A stretch of DNA of 64,000 nt. Source: Candidatus Woesebacteria bacterium (GTDB taxonomy: Bacteria > Patescibacteriota > Microgenomatia > UBA8517). Shown one piece after another: positions 39,248-50,700 of the stretch (position 1 is the stretch's first letter; each line of letters opens with the position of its first letter). The DNA is taken from contig DMZH01000003.1 of assembly GCA_003484955.1 (NCBI GenBank), forward strand, positions 112,387 through 176,386, in the 5' to 3' direction. The notes under the pieces were generated by a model. That model worked only from the letters and a program-made list of their open reading frames with translations. It was not told where the DNA came from and made no database searches. A program made the translations under genes and the position numbers.

Positions 39248-39320
39248 ATTTACAAGTTTCTACAACACGCAAGGAAACCCAAAGTTGTAAATTTGGGCAT
39301 GTTTTTACAAGTTGTTACAA
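39246..39320. repeat. Phased 10-bp repeats (GTTTTTACAA-like), left cluster
   Basis: AAATTTACAA/GTTTCTACAA (39246-39265), inverted TTGTAAATTT (39285-39294), GTTTTTACAA/GTTGTTACAA (39301-39320). Confidence 0.85.
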
Positions 39321-40136
39321 CGTACTCCCCGATTCTGTCGCTATTGGTATTTCCACTACCCCGCTTGGCGTGGCACTTAGTTCGTCAAGAATTGTATTTA
39401 CAGATTGAGTATCTGCCGACTCTGTACTTTCCGAAAGTGGCGCCAGATTTAATAAAAACAAATCGTCAACCGATAGAGAAAACTTTTCCTCTGCAAGACT
39501 TTCTGCGGCTAAGTAAATATCTCCATTTTTTATTTTAGGATTCCTGGCCTTTTCCCCGGTTGTAACATCAACCGATTTATTGTCGTTAATGGAATAGACA
39601 ACCGCTCTCCAGGTGTCTGTTATGTCACGTCTTCCATAACTAATGTAGTCGTCGGAAAAATCAGGATTTAGAGAAGTATCCCCTGTTGTTAATTGTTTGG
39701 TCGATAACCCGTCAAAGAAAAATATTTGCCAAGTATTCCCATCCCACCCTTCCCAAACAACCCTTCCTTTATAATCAACCCTAGGATTAAGGTTGGTCCC
39801 CAAAAAAGTAAGCTGAGTTTTTGAATCCGAAATTGTATCATAAAGAAAAATCTGCCCTGCCTCGTTGTAATCGGAAACATATGCCACATATCTGCCATTC
39901 GTGAACGGGCTGCGGCTATTCCGACTTTCGTTCGTGATAAAGTGTTTGCTTCCCTGATAGGTATAAAAAACTTGTTGATACCCGCTAACCACTTCAGTGC
40001 CAACTTGCAAATCGTTTGCCTTTATATAGTCAGATAAACCTGCGTCTAGCTGTTGGGCAAGAATTGGTCTAACTCCAATAAAAAGCAATCCCGCAATTAA
40101 TAATGAAGCTGACCACGAAACAAATATTTTTCGCAT
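39315..40136 (-). CDS. Secreted TolB-like beta-propeller protein
   Basis: Signal peptide; repeated 'QIFLYD...QLT...NP' blades. Confidence 0.7.
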   Translation of the reverse strand: MRKIFVSWSASLLIAGLLFIGVRPILAQQLDAGLSDYIKANDLQVGTEVVSGYQQVFYTYQGSKHFITNESRNSRSPFTNGRYVAYVSDYNEAGQIFLYDTISDSKTQLTFLGTNLNPRVDYKGRVVWEGWDGNTWQIFFFDGLSTKQLTTGDTSLNPDFSDDYISYGRRDITDTWRAVVYSINDNKSVDVTTGEKARNPKIKNGDIYLAAESLAEEKFSLSVDDLFLLNLAPLSESTESADTQSVNTILDELSATPSGVVEIPIATESGSTL

Positions 40137-40144
40137 ACAAAAAC

Positions 40145-42925
40145 TTAAAACTGTGTTATACCTTGCAAGATGTTTATTAAATTAACCGCAAAGGCGTGGA
40201 GACTGTCAGCCTGACTTTGGGTCAATTTATTACCTCTTTGACCCTCAACTTCATTAATAAAAGCGTTTAGGGCATTTGTTGCTTCTGTATTTGAATTATT
40301 ACTCGCTGCTGACAGAGCATCTAAAGCTCTCTGTAATTTTACATCTAAACTGTTCTCTATCCCCTGTTGTAGATTTAAATCTTCTACGGCATTAACTAAA
40401 TCTAGAACGGTTGGCTCTGTCATTACTGCAAAATCAGAAAAGCTTGTTGTAACCCCACAGATTATGTCATCAGTTGTGTCCAGTGAAGTTGTTATATTAG
40501 CCCAATTTTGTCCATTAAAGTGCATCAACTTTAGCTTGGATTCACTTCCTTGAAACGCCGTATCATCATAACTAAAACAAATAGTTATATTTCCAGTAAA
40601 CGTCGCTGTCGTAGAAATATTATAGTAAGTCGCCGGATTACCCAGCCTAAAACCGCTTGGAGGTTGGGTTCCAGAAGTACTTGTTGTTACTGTTGTCACT
40701 CCACTGGTATTAACTTGAGAAAAAGCCAGTGTTGTTCCATCGAGAGCAACTGACACACCATCTCCCACGGGAGTATTTGTAAAACTTAATTTTGACAAAA
40801 AGGCATCACCTAGACCAAGGCGATTAATTTGGATTGCGCCAGGGGTAATCGGGAAGTCTGGTGAGGAAGCACCACCGACAACATAGGCATTCAAGGAATT
40901 ATCTAAAACTATGCCATTGGCAAAATCACCCAAAAAACCACCCAAATAAGTTGAGAAGAGTAAACTCGAACCAGATTCATTAAGTTTTACAACAATAGCA
41001 TCACTATTGCCTTTATAGGCGCTTTGGATTGAATCCAAAAGTGGAAAATTTGATGAAGAACTTTGCCCAGCAAGATACAAATTACTTTGGGAATCTATTG
41101 CTATACTTCTCACTATATCGGAGCCATTTCCTCCTAAATAGGTTGAATAACCAAAGTTGCTTCCATCTGGGATAATTTTTGCTACAAATGCATCAGTATC
41201 ACCTCCGGCAAAAAGAGGCTGAAAGGAGCTACTTGTTGTAGGAAAGTCTAAAGAAGTTGTAACTCCCACCAAATACGCATTGTCACTCGAATCAACTTTA
41301 ATGCTCCTGACTTCGTCTCCTCCAGTCCCCCCTATAAGGGTAGAATATACAAATTGAGAATTGGGAATATCTATTACACTTATAAAACCATCTCTGTCAC
41401 CACGGTAAGTTTGCAGAGGATTTCTAACGGGATAGTTAGAAGATGCGGTGTAGCCAGCTACGTAAACCAGACCCGATTGACTTACATCAATCCCATATCC
41501 AATTTCATGCCCACTCCCCCCTAAATAGGTGGAATATTCAAGGTTGGAACCATCACTACTAATCTTCGCCATAAACGCATCTGTATCGCCCCCAGGGTTT
41601 GTCTGAAGGGCATTTTGTGTGATGGGAAGGTAATATGCAGAACCTGTGATGTAAACATTATTATAGCTATCTAGAGCAATAGCATAAGCACCAGACTGGG
41701 AATAGCCAAAAAATGTTGAGTAAATCAGCCCTGTCCCACTACTGTTTATTTTAGTTACAAAAACATTGCCAGCACCCCCAAGAAGGATTGGCTGGATTGC
41801 GTTAAAAGTGGGATAGTCAGGTGAGTTTGTCTCTCCAGCTATGTAGGCATTGCCACTTGTGTCAACGGCTATTGTCCTGCTTTGATCAGCCCCAGAACCA
41901 AGACTGCCGCCAATGTAAGTCGAATACAACAAAGATGACCCATCCGAACTAATCTTTGAGACAAAAGCATCAAAATTACTACCGGCAGAATGTGCAACTT
42001 GATAGGAACCCGGTGTTACCGGAAAATCGGAGGAGGTGGTCAACCCTGTAAGATAAATATTGCCCGCAGGATCAATCGCTACTGCATTGGATGAATCCAG
42101 ATTGGAACCCCCTCCCAAAAAAGTACTATACGTCAAAACAGGATCGATGTAGAGGGTGCTATTTAAGTCATAATCTCCAATTTGAAAACCAACATTTCCT
42201 CCACTGACAACATACCCTACATCCACCTGTTTACGATGCCCATCAATGACTTGCCAAGCCACTGGTGACTGTTCTGTCAAGACATACCCCATACCAGGAA
42301 CTTCGATTTCCAAACTTTCATTTTCCTGGTTTACTCGCTCACTAGTCGATCCATCATATTTCCACCGTATGGAATTTGGAGAGGCCCCTGGATCTACTTG
42401 ATAGGTACCCTTGAAAATCCCTTTGTCCCCACTATAATAAAGGTTTATACCTGGATATAGTTGCTTATACTCGATTATTCTATATGTAGGGATTCCTGTT
42501 CTCCAATCCTTGGATTCATTCCCTATAAAGAAATTAGCTGTCCCAGGTAAAAGGTCTTTTCCTGTTATTTCAGGGGCCGGATTAGCTCCCAAAAAAAACA
42601 TACTTAAAACAGTACTGTTTGTCTCCGTTAAGTCTGAAGCTTTAACACCCAAACTAGAAGTTCCCCTGTTACCTTTTCCTTTAGATATTAGGGATAGTGT
42701 TATTCCACTCTTGGTCACAAATATTGTTCCACCAGGTAGCTGGGTACGAAAAACAACACCCGAACTGAACTCGCCTTGATTTGGAATAAACGACAGTGGT
42801 AATTTTTCGAAGCTTTTTGTTTCCTTAAAAGAGCTTCCCGATCTCAAATTTAGAAATATCCAACCCAGAAACGCCAAAGAAAACGCTAATATAAGCACGG
42901 AGTAGACTTTATATTTTGTTTTCAT
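40145..42925 (-). CDS. SBBP-repeat (beta-propeller) surface protein
   Basis: 'LPLSFIPNQG', 'LYPGINLYY', then repeated 'YSTYLGG...IAVD.SGNAYxxG.T.SxDFP'. Confidence 0.85.
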   Translation of the reverse strand: MKTKYKVYSVLILAFSLAFLGWIFLNLRSGSSFKETKSFEKLPLSFIPNQGEFSSGVVFRTQLPGGTIFVTKSGITLSLISKGKGNRGTSSLGVKASDLTETNSTVLSMFFLGANPAPEITGKDLLPGTANFFIGNESKDWRTGIPTYRIIEYKQLYPGINLYYSGDKGIFKGTYQVDPGASPNSIRWKYDGSTSERVNQENESLEIEVPGMGYVLTEQSPVAWQVIDGHRKQVDVGYVVSGGNVGFQIGDYDLNSTLYIDPVLTYSTFLGGGSNLDSSNAVAIDPAGNIYLTGLTTSSDFPVTPGSYQVAHSAGSNFDAFVSKISSDGSSLLYSTYIGGSLGSGADQSRTIAVDTSGNAYIAGETNSPDYPTFNAIQPILLGGAGNVFVTKINSSGTGLIYSTFFGYSQSGAYAIALDSYNNVYITGSAYYLPITQNALQTNPGGDTDAFMAKISSDGSNLEYSTYLGGSGHEIGYGIDVSQSGLVYVAGYTASSNYPVRNPLQTYRGDRDGFISVIDIPNSQFVYSTLIGGTGGDEVRSIKVDSSDNAYLVGVTTSLDFPTTSSSFQPLFAGGDTDAFVAKIIPDGSNFGYSTYLGGNGSDIVRSIAIDSQSNLYLAGQSSSSNFPLLDSIQSAYKGNSDAIVVKLNESGSSLLFSTYLGGFLGDFANGIVLDNSLNAYVVGGASSPDFPITPGAIQINRLGLGDAFLSKLSFTNTPVGDGVSVALDGTTLAFSQVNTSGVTTVTTSTSGTQPPSGFRLGNPATYYNISTTATFTGNITICFSYDDTAFQGSESKLKLMHFNGQNWANITTSLDTTDDIICGVTTSFSDFAVMTEPTVLDLVNAVEDLNLQQGIENSLDVKLQRALDALSAASNNSNTEATNALNAFINEVEGQRGNKLTQSQADSLHAFAVNLINILQGITQF

Positions 42926-42969
42926 TCTCCTATATTATTATAGCCCCTTGGTAACATCTTTCAAACAAA

Positions 42970-44766
42970 TCAATTTGTCCAATAAAAACCCTGTTTAATT
43001 CCCGATGAGAATGTACTGCCGTGACGAAGCAAGTCTCCTGTCCCCGGCTCAGTTGTCAGTGCTGGACAGTTATTCCATCCTGCAAGGCTAGTCGTTCCGG
43101 TACCATCAGCTGTTGTCTCCACTAATCTGAACAAATATCGAGTTGATGACACCGAACTTGTCCCAACAATATGGAAGTCAAATTCAATATCTTGCCCCGT
43201 TGCAGAAGTACCAGTTGGGGTATTGGCGGGCTTTACCTTTGAATATGTCTCAAGCATGTCGGTTCCTGTCAATTTTGCAACCGTTAAAGTCGTATCGTCA
43301 GCAACCGACGATGAAGCGTATTCCCAGGTGGCACTAGGAGCTACATCTGTCCACGAACCAGCAGAACAGTCAGAATCGGTACCAGCCCGAAACTGAAGTT
43401 TAAAGTATTTAGAACCTCCCGTAATAGTTGCAGTATTTACAGTTATATTTGTCCTTAATCTAAGTTCCTGGGCGGTGTCGGGCGGATCGTTTGCAATGGG
43501 TATGATCGTAATTCCTGTATTCTCAGCTAGATCTATTACTGAGACTGCGGACCAAGGATCGGTTACGTTTTCTGTGTCATTATCAACATACCACCTGTAA
43601 ACATTTTGAGTAAAAGTAGCAGATGCTGACTGAAGCGTTGTCGTTCCCGAAATCGCTACTGCGGTTCCCGGAGTTACCGTTCCGGACGACACAGTCATCT
43701 CTGTTGATGGGTTGGCAATTTGAATTTCTATCGTCTGTGTAGCTGAAGCTCCAGCACCTACATCCAAGACAACATATACACAAACCTCTGTTGTACCGAC
43801 TGACATTGAACCGGTTATCGTAGATTTTTCGGAAGCGTTGAAAGTGGCTCCGGTACCAAAAAGTGTCTCCGTACCGCCGTATGTTTCACTGGAACAGGTA
43901 GTGGCAGCTGTTTCATAATAAATATCAGCATTGGAAAGATTGCTGTTGGCGTTTACGGTTCCTGTATCGGTAATTATGACTTGAGTGACCGTTGCCGTGT
44001 TGATATCTGTCGCGAAGGTAAACGCGCCACCAACATAATTATTGGTAGAACCTATATTCATGGTAGAGGTTTGTGTACCTGTCGTACCAACTGTCATTAT
44101 TGGAAGAGTGTAAGTAATAGTAATTCTTACAGAATCCACATAGGCAGTAGTTGCCGCACCACCCCCTGAAACTTTAACGTTTTTGGCCGAAATCGCCGCA
44201 CCAAAAGTTGAGCCATTTATATCCGCTGCCGTCCAAGTATCTCCCCAGAGATTGGCAGCTCCGCCGTATGACACAAAAGTGTCCGTTGTTGTCCAATTAC
44301 TAATATTTGAAAGATCTGTGGCGCCAATAGCGTCAGTTTTAACTATCCTCACTGCATTATCCTGAGTTTCTCCAGTCCCGCCGTCAAGGCTGTCGCTTTT
44401 TTCCCATTCAACCGTAATACCGTCTATTCTGGCGTTTGAGGGAACAGAAAAGTTAAAACCGGTTGCTTTTATGTAATTGCTTACTCCTGTATTTTTTGTA
44501 AGAACTACGGATGCCTTGCTGTCATTGGTGGTAGTAGCATTCCCAGGAGTAGTCCAAGCAAGTGTGCCGATTCCTGCGTCGTTAACAGCCGTCGAAGCAT
44601 AACTTGGTCCGGCAGTAGCTGCCATTGCTTCCTGAATTTTTGGGGGGAAAATTCCGAACCCCGGAATTGAAATTGCAGGATAGCCGGTTAGAAGCCAGGA
44701 GAGAACCAAAAAAGTTACAAAAAAACTCTTGGTTATTCGAATAGTTTTTTTGTTCAATCTAATCAT
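42970..44766 (-). CDS. Secreted Thr-rich multidomain beta-sandwich protein
   Basis: N-terminal TM/signal; 'FNFSVPSNARIDGITVEW', 'YGGAANLWG', ends 'LLRHGSTFSSGIKQGFYW'. Confidence 0.72.
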   Translation of the reverse strand: MIRLNKKTIRITKSFFVTFLVLSWLLTGYPAISIPGFGIFPPKIQEAMAATAGPSYASTAVNDAGIGTLAWTTPGNATTTNDSKASVVLTKNTGVSNYIKATGFNFSVPSNARIDGITVEWEKSDSLDGGTGETQDNAVRIVKTDAIGATDLSNISNWTTTDTFVSYGGAANLWGDTWTAADINGSTFGAAISAKNVKVSGGGAATTAYVDSVRITITYTLPIMTVGTTGTQTSTMNIGSTNNYVGGAFTFATDINTATVTQVIITDTGTVNANSNLSNADIYYETAATTCSSETYGGTETLFGTGATFNASEKSTITGSMSVGTTEVCVYVVLDVGAGASATQTIEIQIANPSTEMTVSSGTVTPGTAVAISGTTTLQSASATFTQNVYRWYVDNDTENVTDPWSAVSVIDLAENTGITIIPIANDPPDTAQELRLRTNITVNTATITGGSKYFKLQFRAGTDSDCSAGSWTDVAPSATWEYASSSVADDTTLTVAKLTGTDMLETYSKVKPANTPTGTSATGQDIEFDFHIVGTSSVSSTRYLFRLVETTADGTGTTSLAGWNNCPALTTEPGTGDLLRHGSTFSSGIKQGFYWTN

Positions 44767-44774
44767 TTCAAAGC

Positions 44775-47700
44775 TTAGTTGCTTGTAAAGTAGTTAAGGC
44801 TAATTTCACCAACATCTGTTATTCCACCCGTTGCTGCAGCCGTTACATCAATCTGAATTGTCATATAGCTTCCTGCTGTCCAAGTACCTCCCGAGATATT
44901 TATTCCGTTCTGAATCCAGGTATTGGCGGCGCCCGCAATTTCCGTTCCCCCGGCATTATTTAATGCATTAGCGGTATCATAGACTTTTATATTGACATGT
45001 CCGTTTGTTGCATCGGATCTTTTCGCATAAGCTTGGATGGAATTACTCGTATCCCAAGCCGAGAAATTATCCGGAACTCTCCATTTTAGATATACTGTAT
45101 ATGTTTGAGGGGTTCCCTGGGTAGTTGTCCAGTTATAATAGTTATGAGTATCTCCCGAAGTGTTACAAACCGTTGTATTCGTTGCGGTTAAGCCCCCAAC
45201 ACCGGCTGATGCTGCACAGAAATCTGATGTCATTGTTCCCGTCCCGCTCCCTGTGAGAACAGCACCGGGAAATTCCGGAACAAGTTCTTCTCTTCTGTCA
45301 GGACGTGCAGTTCCGGCAAGGGCTGGGGCAGCTGCAGGATTAAATGTATATGTATTTCCCCCGCTTCCGATTGTTACTGTACTGGACGCTCCCAGTGTGG
45401 TTACACCCGAAACCGCCCCTGAGTTAATTATCATACCGTTGATTGTATTAGTTGCCGTTGCGCCACTAATTGCACCTGAAAGACCAAGTGTCGAGACACC
45501 AGAAACGGCTCCTGAGTTAATAATGATCCCGTTAATTGTGTTTGTGGCTGTTGCAGCAGTGATAGCTCCGGAAAGACCTAAAGTTGTAGCCCCACTAAGT
45601 GCGCCTGAATTAATAATAAGTCCGTTAATAGTATTGGTTGCAGTTGCGCCGGTTATGGCTCCGGACAGACCAAGTGTTGAAACGTTTGAAACCGCACCCG
45701 AATTTATTATTACTCCATTAATGGTATTTGTAGCGGTCGCGCCGGTTATCGCTCCCGTTGCAGAAAGAGTTGTGAATGCTCCACTTCCTGGAGTTGTGCT
45801 TCCGATTGAGCCGGGAGCAGCAAAAGTTGCTCCGTTAAGGGATGAGGCGTTAAGATTGGCAACATTGGTTGTTGAGGCAACCACAAATGGAGCTGTTCCT
45901 GTAACAAGAGTTGAAGTAATTTGACCAGAAGCATTGATTGTCGTAATTCCGGATAGAGCTCCTGAGTTAATAATCAAGCCGTTAATTGTGTTTGTTGCCG
46001 TTGCTCCGGTAATTGCTCCCGAAAGACCGAGCGTGGATACATTCGAAACTGCACCGGAGTTAATGATGATTCCATTAATAGTGTTAGTGGCTGTTGCGCC
46101 CGTGATAGCGCCTGTAGCCGAGAGTGTTGTGAATGCTCCGGTTGAAGGGGTTGAAGCTCCAAGTGTTGTCCCATTAATTGATCCGCCGCTAATTAAAACT
46201 CCTCCTGCAGCAAGAGTACCGTTAACTGTCGTCGTAACAGTTGCTCTACCAATTGCAAGGTTTGAGGCATTGGTTCCACCAATGGTAATTGCCCCATTTG
46301 AAGTTACTCCTGCCCCCGTATCAATTGTCACAGAACCCGAGGTACCGGACACGGAAGTTCCACCTGTTTGAATTGTAATTGCACCTGAATTTCCGGAAGC
46401 CCCGGTTGCTGTATTGATAGTAACTCCATTCAAATTACCGGTAGTACTAAAGGTGGCTCCGGCATCAAATGTAACTGCTGAATCGGACTTTCTAATTATT
46501 TTTGAGTTCGCATAATCAATTGTGATTCCTGCTACTCCTGCAGTTTCATCCGTGATAATAAAATCAGCCGCTACATAATTAAGAGCAACGGCAGAAGTTA
46601 CAATATTGGTACCACCTTCTTTAATTGTTGAAACTCCTCCCCCGGCACCAGTGTTGTCTGCTGAACATCCCCAGGTGTCTGCAGTTTCATTCCACTTTAA
46701 GAGTTGTCCATCGGAACATCCCTGAAGAAGGGTTACTCCGGAGACAAGAAGTTCCAGTCCGGAACCTGATGATGTGGTTACTGAAAGAGCATCTGTTGCG
46801 GCCGGAAGATCAATCCCCAGGCTTCCACCTTCCGTGCCGGTCATTGTTAGCCCCCCGTTTGAGGTGGCCGAGGCAATGTAATTACCCGTTGTGTCGGTTC
46901 CCAAAGCTACAGAATTTGCAGCAATTGTCAATCCTCCCGAAAAAGAACCAGATATATCTCCTCCCGTTGGACTTTCTCCAACGTTTACATATATTGAATC
47001 AAGGGTTGTGGAATAGTTGGAAGTTGTCAGATCGTCCGAGGCAGTTTGATCCCAAGCTGAGAGTTGAGCTGCTGCATTTGATGATGTGACGACAGTCCCG
47101 GAAGAGCCGCTAAATGTAAACGTTGAGTCGGAGGTGGAAAGATCCCCAATATCTAATATTCCATAGAGTGTTGGTGTTACGCCCGATTCCAACATTTTAA
47201 GTTCACTTGAGGTATTGACCAAAACAATGTCAAAGGCTCCCGTTTGATTCCAATCGGCGGTAAGGGCCGCCAGAGAAATTGTCGGAGCGGATCCTTCTCC
47301 CGTCGCGGCTGCGCTGATACCGTTTCCCGATGTCAAAGTCGCAACATAATCGCCTGTTGTATCAGTTGTTAAGGCTACAGAATTTCCAGCAATAGTTGTT
47401 GCAAAACTACCTGTTCCCGAACCCGTTACATCCCCTGTTAAAGTAATTGTCTGGTCTCCCGTGTTGGAACCTGAAACATTGGAGGCAGAGAGCGCTCCGA
47501 CAATGGTTAAGGCTCCTGCACTTGTGATTTTGTTGCTTGCACTGAAGAATTGTATATCTCCTTTGGTAATATTACTCGTTGAAACAAGTGTTAAAGTCTC
47601 ACTCGCAGCTGTCCCGCCTGTGATGGTAAAACTACCGGTTCCTGATAAAGCAGTGCCTGAATAAGTTCCACCTGAAAGGGATCCTCCTGATAGAGTTCCG

Positions 47701-50700
47701 CCTGAAAGAGTGGCACCGTTAATTGTTGATGAGGCTGATATTGTTGTAATACCACTTAATGCGCCTGAATTAATAATTAAACCGTTTATTGTATTTGTGG
47801 AGGTGGGTGCAGATATTGCACTCGTGGCGGATAAACCGGTAAATGCGCCACTTGCAGGTGTTACCGCTCCAATTGTTGCACCGTTAATTGTTCCCCCTGT
47901 AATTTGTCCTCCGGTGATAAAAACGTTACCCGCAGATTGAGTAGCAATTGTTCCTAAGCCTGATATATCGGTTGTTGAAATACTCAATAATGTTTTAACT
48001 TGAGCGGCAGTTAAAGCAATCGGAGTTGCGGAACTTCCAGTGTTGTTTCCGATAATTGAGTTGGCTGCGAGATTAGCCATCTTTCCCAAAGTTACTGCTC
48101 CATTGGCAATTGTTACAGCAAAAGATCCCGTACCAGAACCTGTTACATCACTTGTTAGACTAATTGTCTGATCTCCTGTGTTTGTTCCGGATGAACTGCC
48201 TGAAAAGTTTGATCCCAACAAAGTTCCAGTAACTGACAAATTCCCTGTTGTTCCCGCATCAGTTAAGGTAAGAAGAGTGTTGGGTGTAGCATTACTGTCT
48301 TTGATAGTTAACACCCCCGCGGCATCGCCTGCCCCCAAAGTCAATACCGGAACCGAGCTCGAGAAAAGTAATGGTGAGGCAGATGATAATGTAATTCCAT
48401 TTGATGTTGTTGCTCCCCTGCCCGTAACTGACAATAGAGTATCGGCTTCGGTAGTAGATAAATTAAGAGTTCCACCAAGAGAAAGGGAGCCTCCGCCTGA
48501 GAGAATTCCACTGGTGTTAATAGTAACCGAGGAGTTGGTCAAGCTGGAGTTGCCGATATTGGATAGTGTGTTGGTAGAACCCGATATAGAAAGACCCGTT
48601 GCGGTTCCTCCAATCGTCACACCACTAACTTGCCCCCCTGTTATGAATACATTACTTGCACTCTGAGTGGCTATTGTACCTAAGCCCGACACATCAGACG
48701 TTGAAATTCCAAGTAAAGTTTTGACCTGAGAAGCAGTTAAAGCAATCGGAGTTGTGGAACTTCCCGTATTATTTCCAATTATCGAATTGGCAGCCAAGTT
48801 TGCCATTTTACCTAAAGTAACTGCTCCTGAAGCAATAGTTGTAGCAAAAGATCCGGTACCGGTTCCGGTCACATCACTGGTTAATGTGATTGTCTGGTCT
48901 CCTGTGTTGGTACCGCTTGATGTTCCTGAGAAATTGGATGCACCAATTGTCCCTTCAACAGAAAAGTTGGCAAGTCCTGTACTACTGTTGGTAATGGTTA
49001 AAGTTCTATCAAGAGCATTATTAAAGTCAAATGTCAGGGAGGCTCCGCTTAATGGAATATTTGTGTCTGAGATAGTCAAGTCACTGAAAGTCCAAGCCCC
49101 TGATATTGATTGTATTTGGTCAGTCCTTGTAATTTTTGAATTGGTGTAATCAATTGCTATGTTTCCCTCTCCTGCCGGGGAATTTGTCGCATCAAAATCG
49201 GCTGCAAGAAAATCAACTGTTGTAGCGCTTGTAACCACATCAGCATCACCAATTTGGATGGTTGATATTCCTCCTCCTGCACCTGTGTCATCAGTACCGC
49301 AAGTTAAGACTCCTGCCACTGTCTCCAGAGCAGAACAGTTTGCAAATGAGCTATCGTACAATGTTATGCCAGCTCCACTACTACCCGCTTTGATTGTCAA
49401 AGTATCTGTATTAGTATCACCCAGGGTGGTATTTCCATTAGAATCAAGGATTGTGAAGTTACCACCTGCTCGGGTTGTACCACCAATGGTGATATTGTTA
49501 ATAGTTCCACCCACAAGTTGACCTCCTGTTATATAAACGTTGCTGGCAGACTGTGTTGCGATGGTGCCAAGGCCTGAGATATCGTTTGTTGAGATACCTA
49601 GTAAGGTCTTAACTTGGGAAGCTGTAAGTGCGATTGGTGTGGCAGCAGAACCAGTATTATTACCGATTATTGAATTTGCTGCCAGGTTGGTCATCTTACT
49701 TAGAGATACTGCTCCGTTTCCGATCGCGGTTAAGCCGGTATTATTTATTGATATATCTCCCGTAACGGCAACACCTGTTGCAATGTTTGATCCATTACCC
49801 ACAAAGATGTTGGCGCTTGTTAAGGTTTTTGAAAGCTTTCCCGAAAGAGAGGCTGTAAGATCTGTTTGATCATCAAGTAAGCCCGTGATTGCTCCCCAGG
49901 CAACTCCGGATGAGTTGGTAATCCAGGAAAGAGCAGAGCCGTTTGTACCCAGAACCTTGCCACTGTTGCCTGTTTGATCGGGCAGAACTTTGGTTGGGGA
50001 AAGGGATGTAATCCAGCCGGGATCAGCGTATGAACCGGTTGAAAGAATTATATTTCCCGTTGTCACTCCGTTGACGGCTACCGTTGATAATGATCCTCCG
50101 GAAATGGAACCACCCGAAATTGTGGCACCATTAATCGATACTAAACCACTAAGCTGTCCACCGGTAATAAACACATTGCTGGCAGATTGAGTAGCAATTG
50201 TTCCCAATCCCGAAACATCTGAGGTTGAAATCCCCAATAAAGTTTTAACTTGGGATCCGGTCAATGCGATTGGGGTGGCGGAGGATCCAGTGTTGTTTCC
50301 GATAATTGAGTTGGCTGCGAGATTGGCCATTTTTCCTAAAGTTACAGCTCCACCGGCAATTGTGGTAGCAAATGATCCTGTGCCAGATCCCGTAACATCA
50401 CTGGTTAAGGTAATCGTTTGGTCTCCTGTGTTGGTACCGCTTGATGTTCCTGAGAAATTGGATGCGGATATTGTCCCGTCGACTATGACATTGGCAACCT
50501 GGGAAGTCGTTGAATTAAGAATATTAAGTGTCCTCGTGGTGGCCCCGGTTAAATCAAATATCGTATTCCCGCCCGAGAAAGTAATTGTGGGGGTCGTTCC
50601 TGAAAAAGTAATCGGGGTGGCGGATGATAAAGTCAATGCTGTTGCAGTTGAAGCTCCGCGACCGGTGACCGATGAAAATGTATCCGCCTCAGTTGCCAAA

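Noticed and set aside
45385-46115. CRISPR array or DGR template/variable repeats
   Set aside because: The repeats are in-frame coding units without unique spacers; differences are not confined to adenines, and no cas or reverse transcriptase gene is present.
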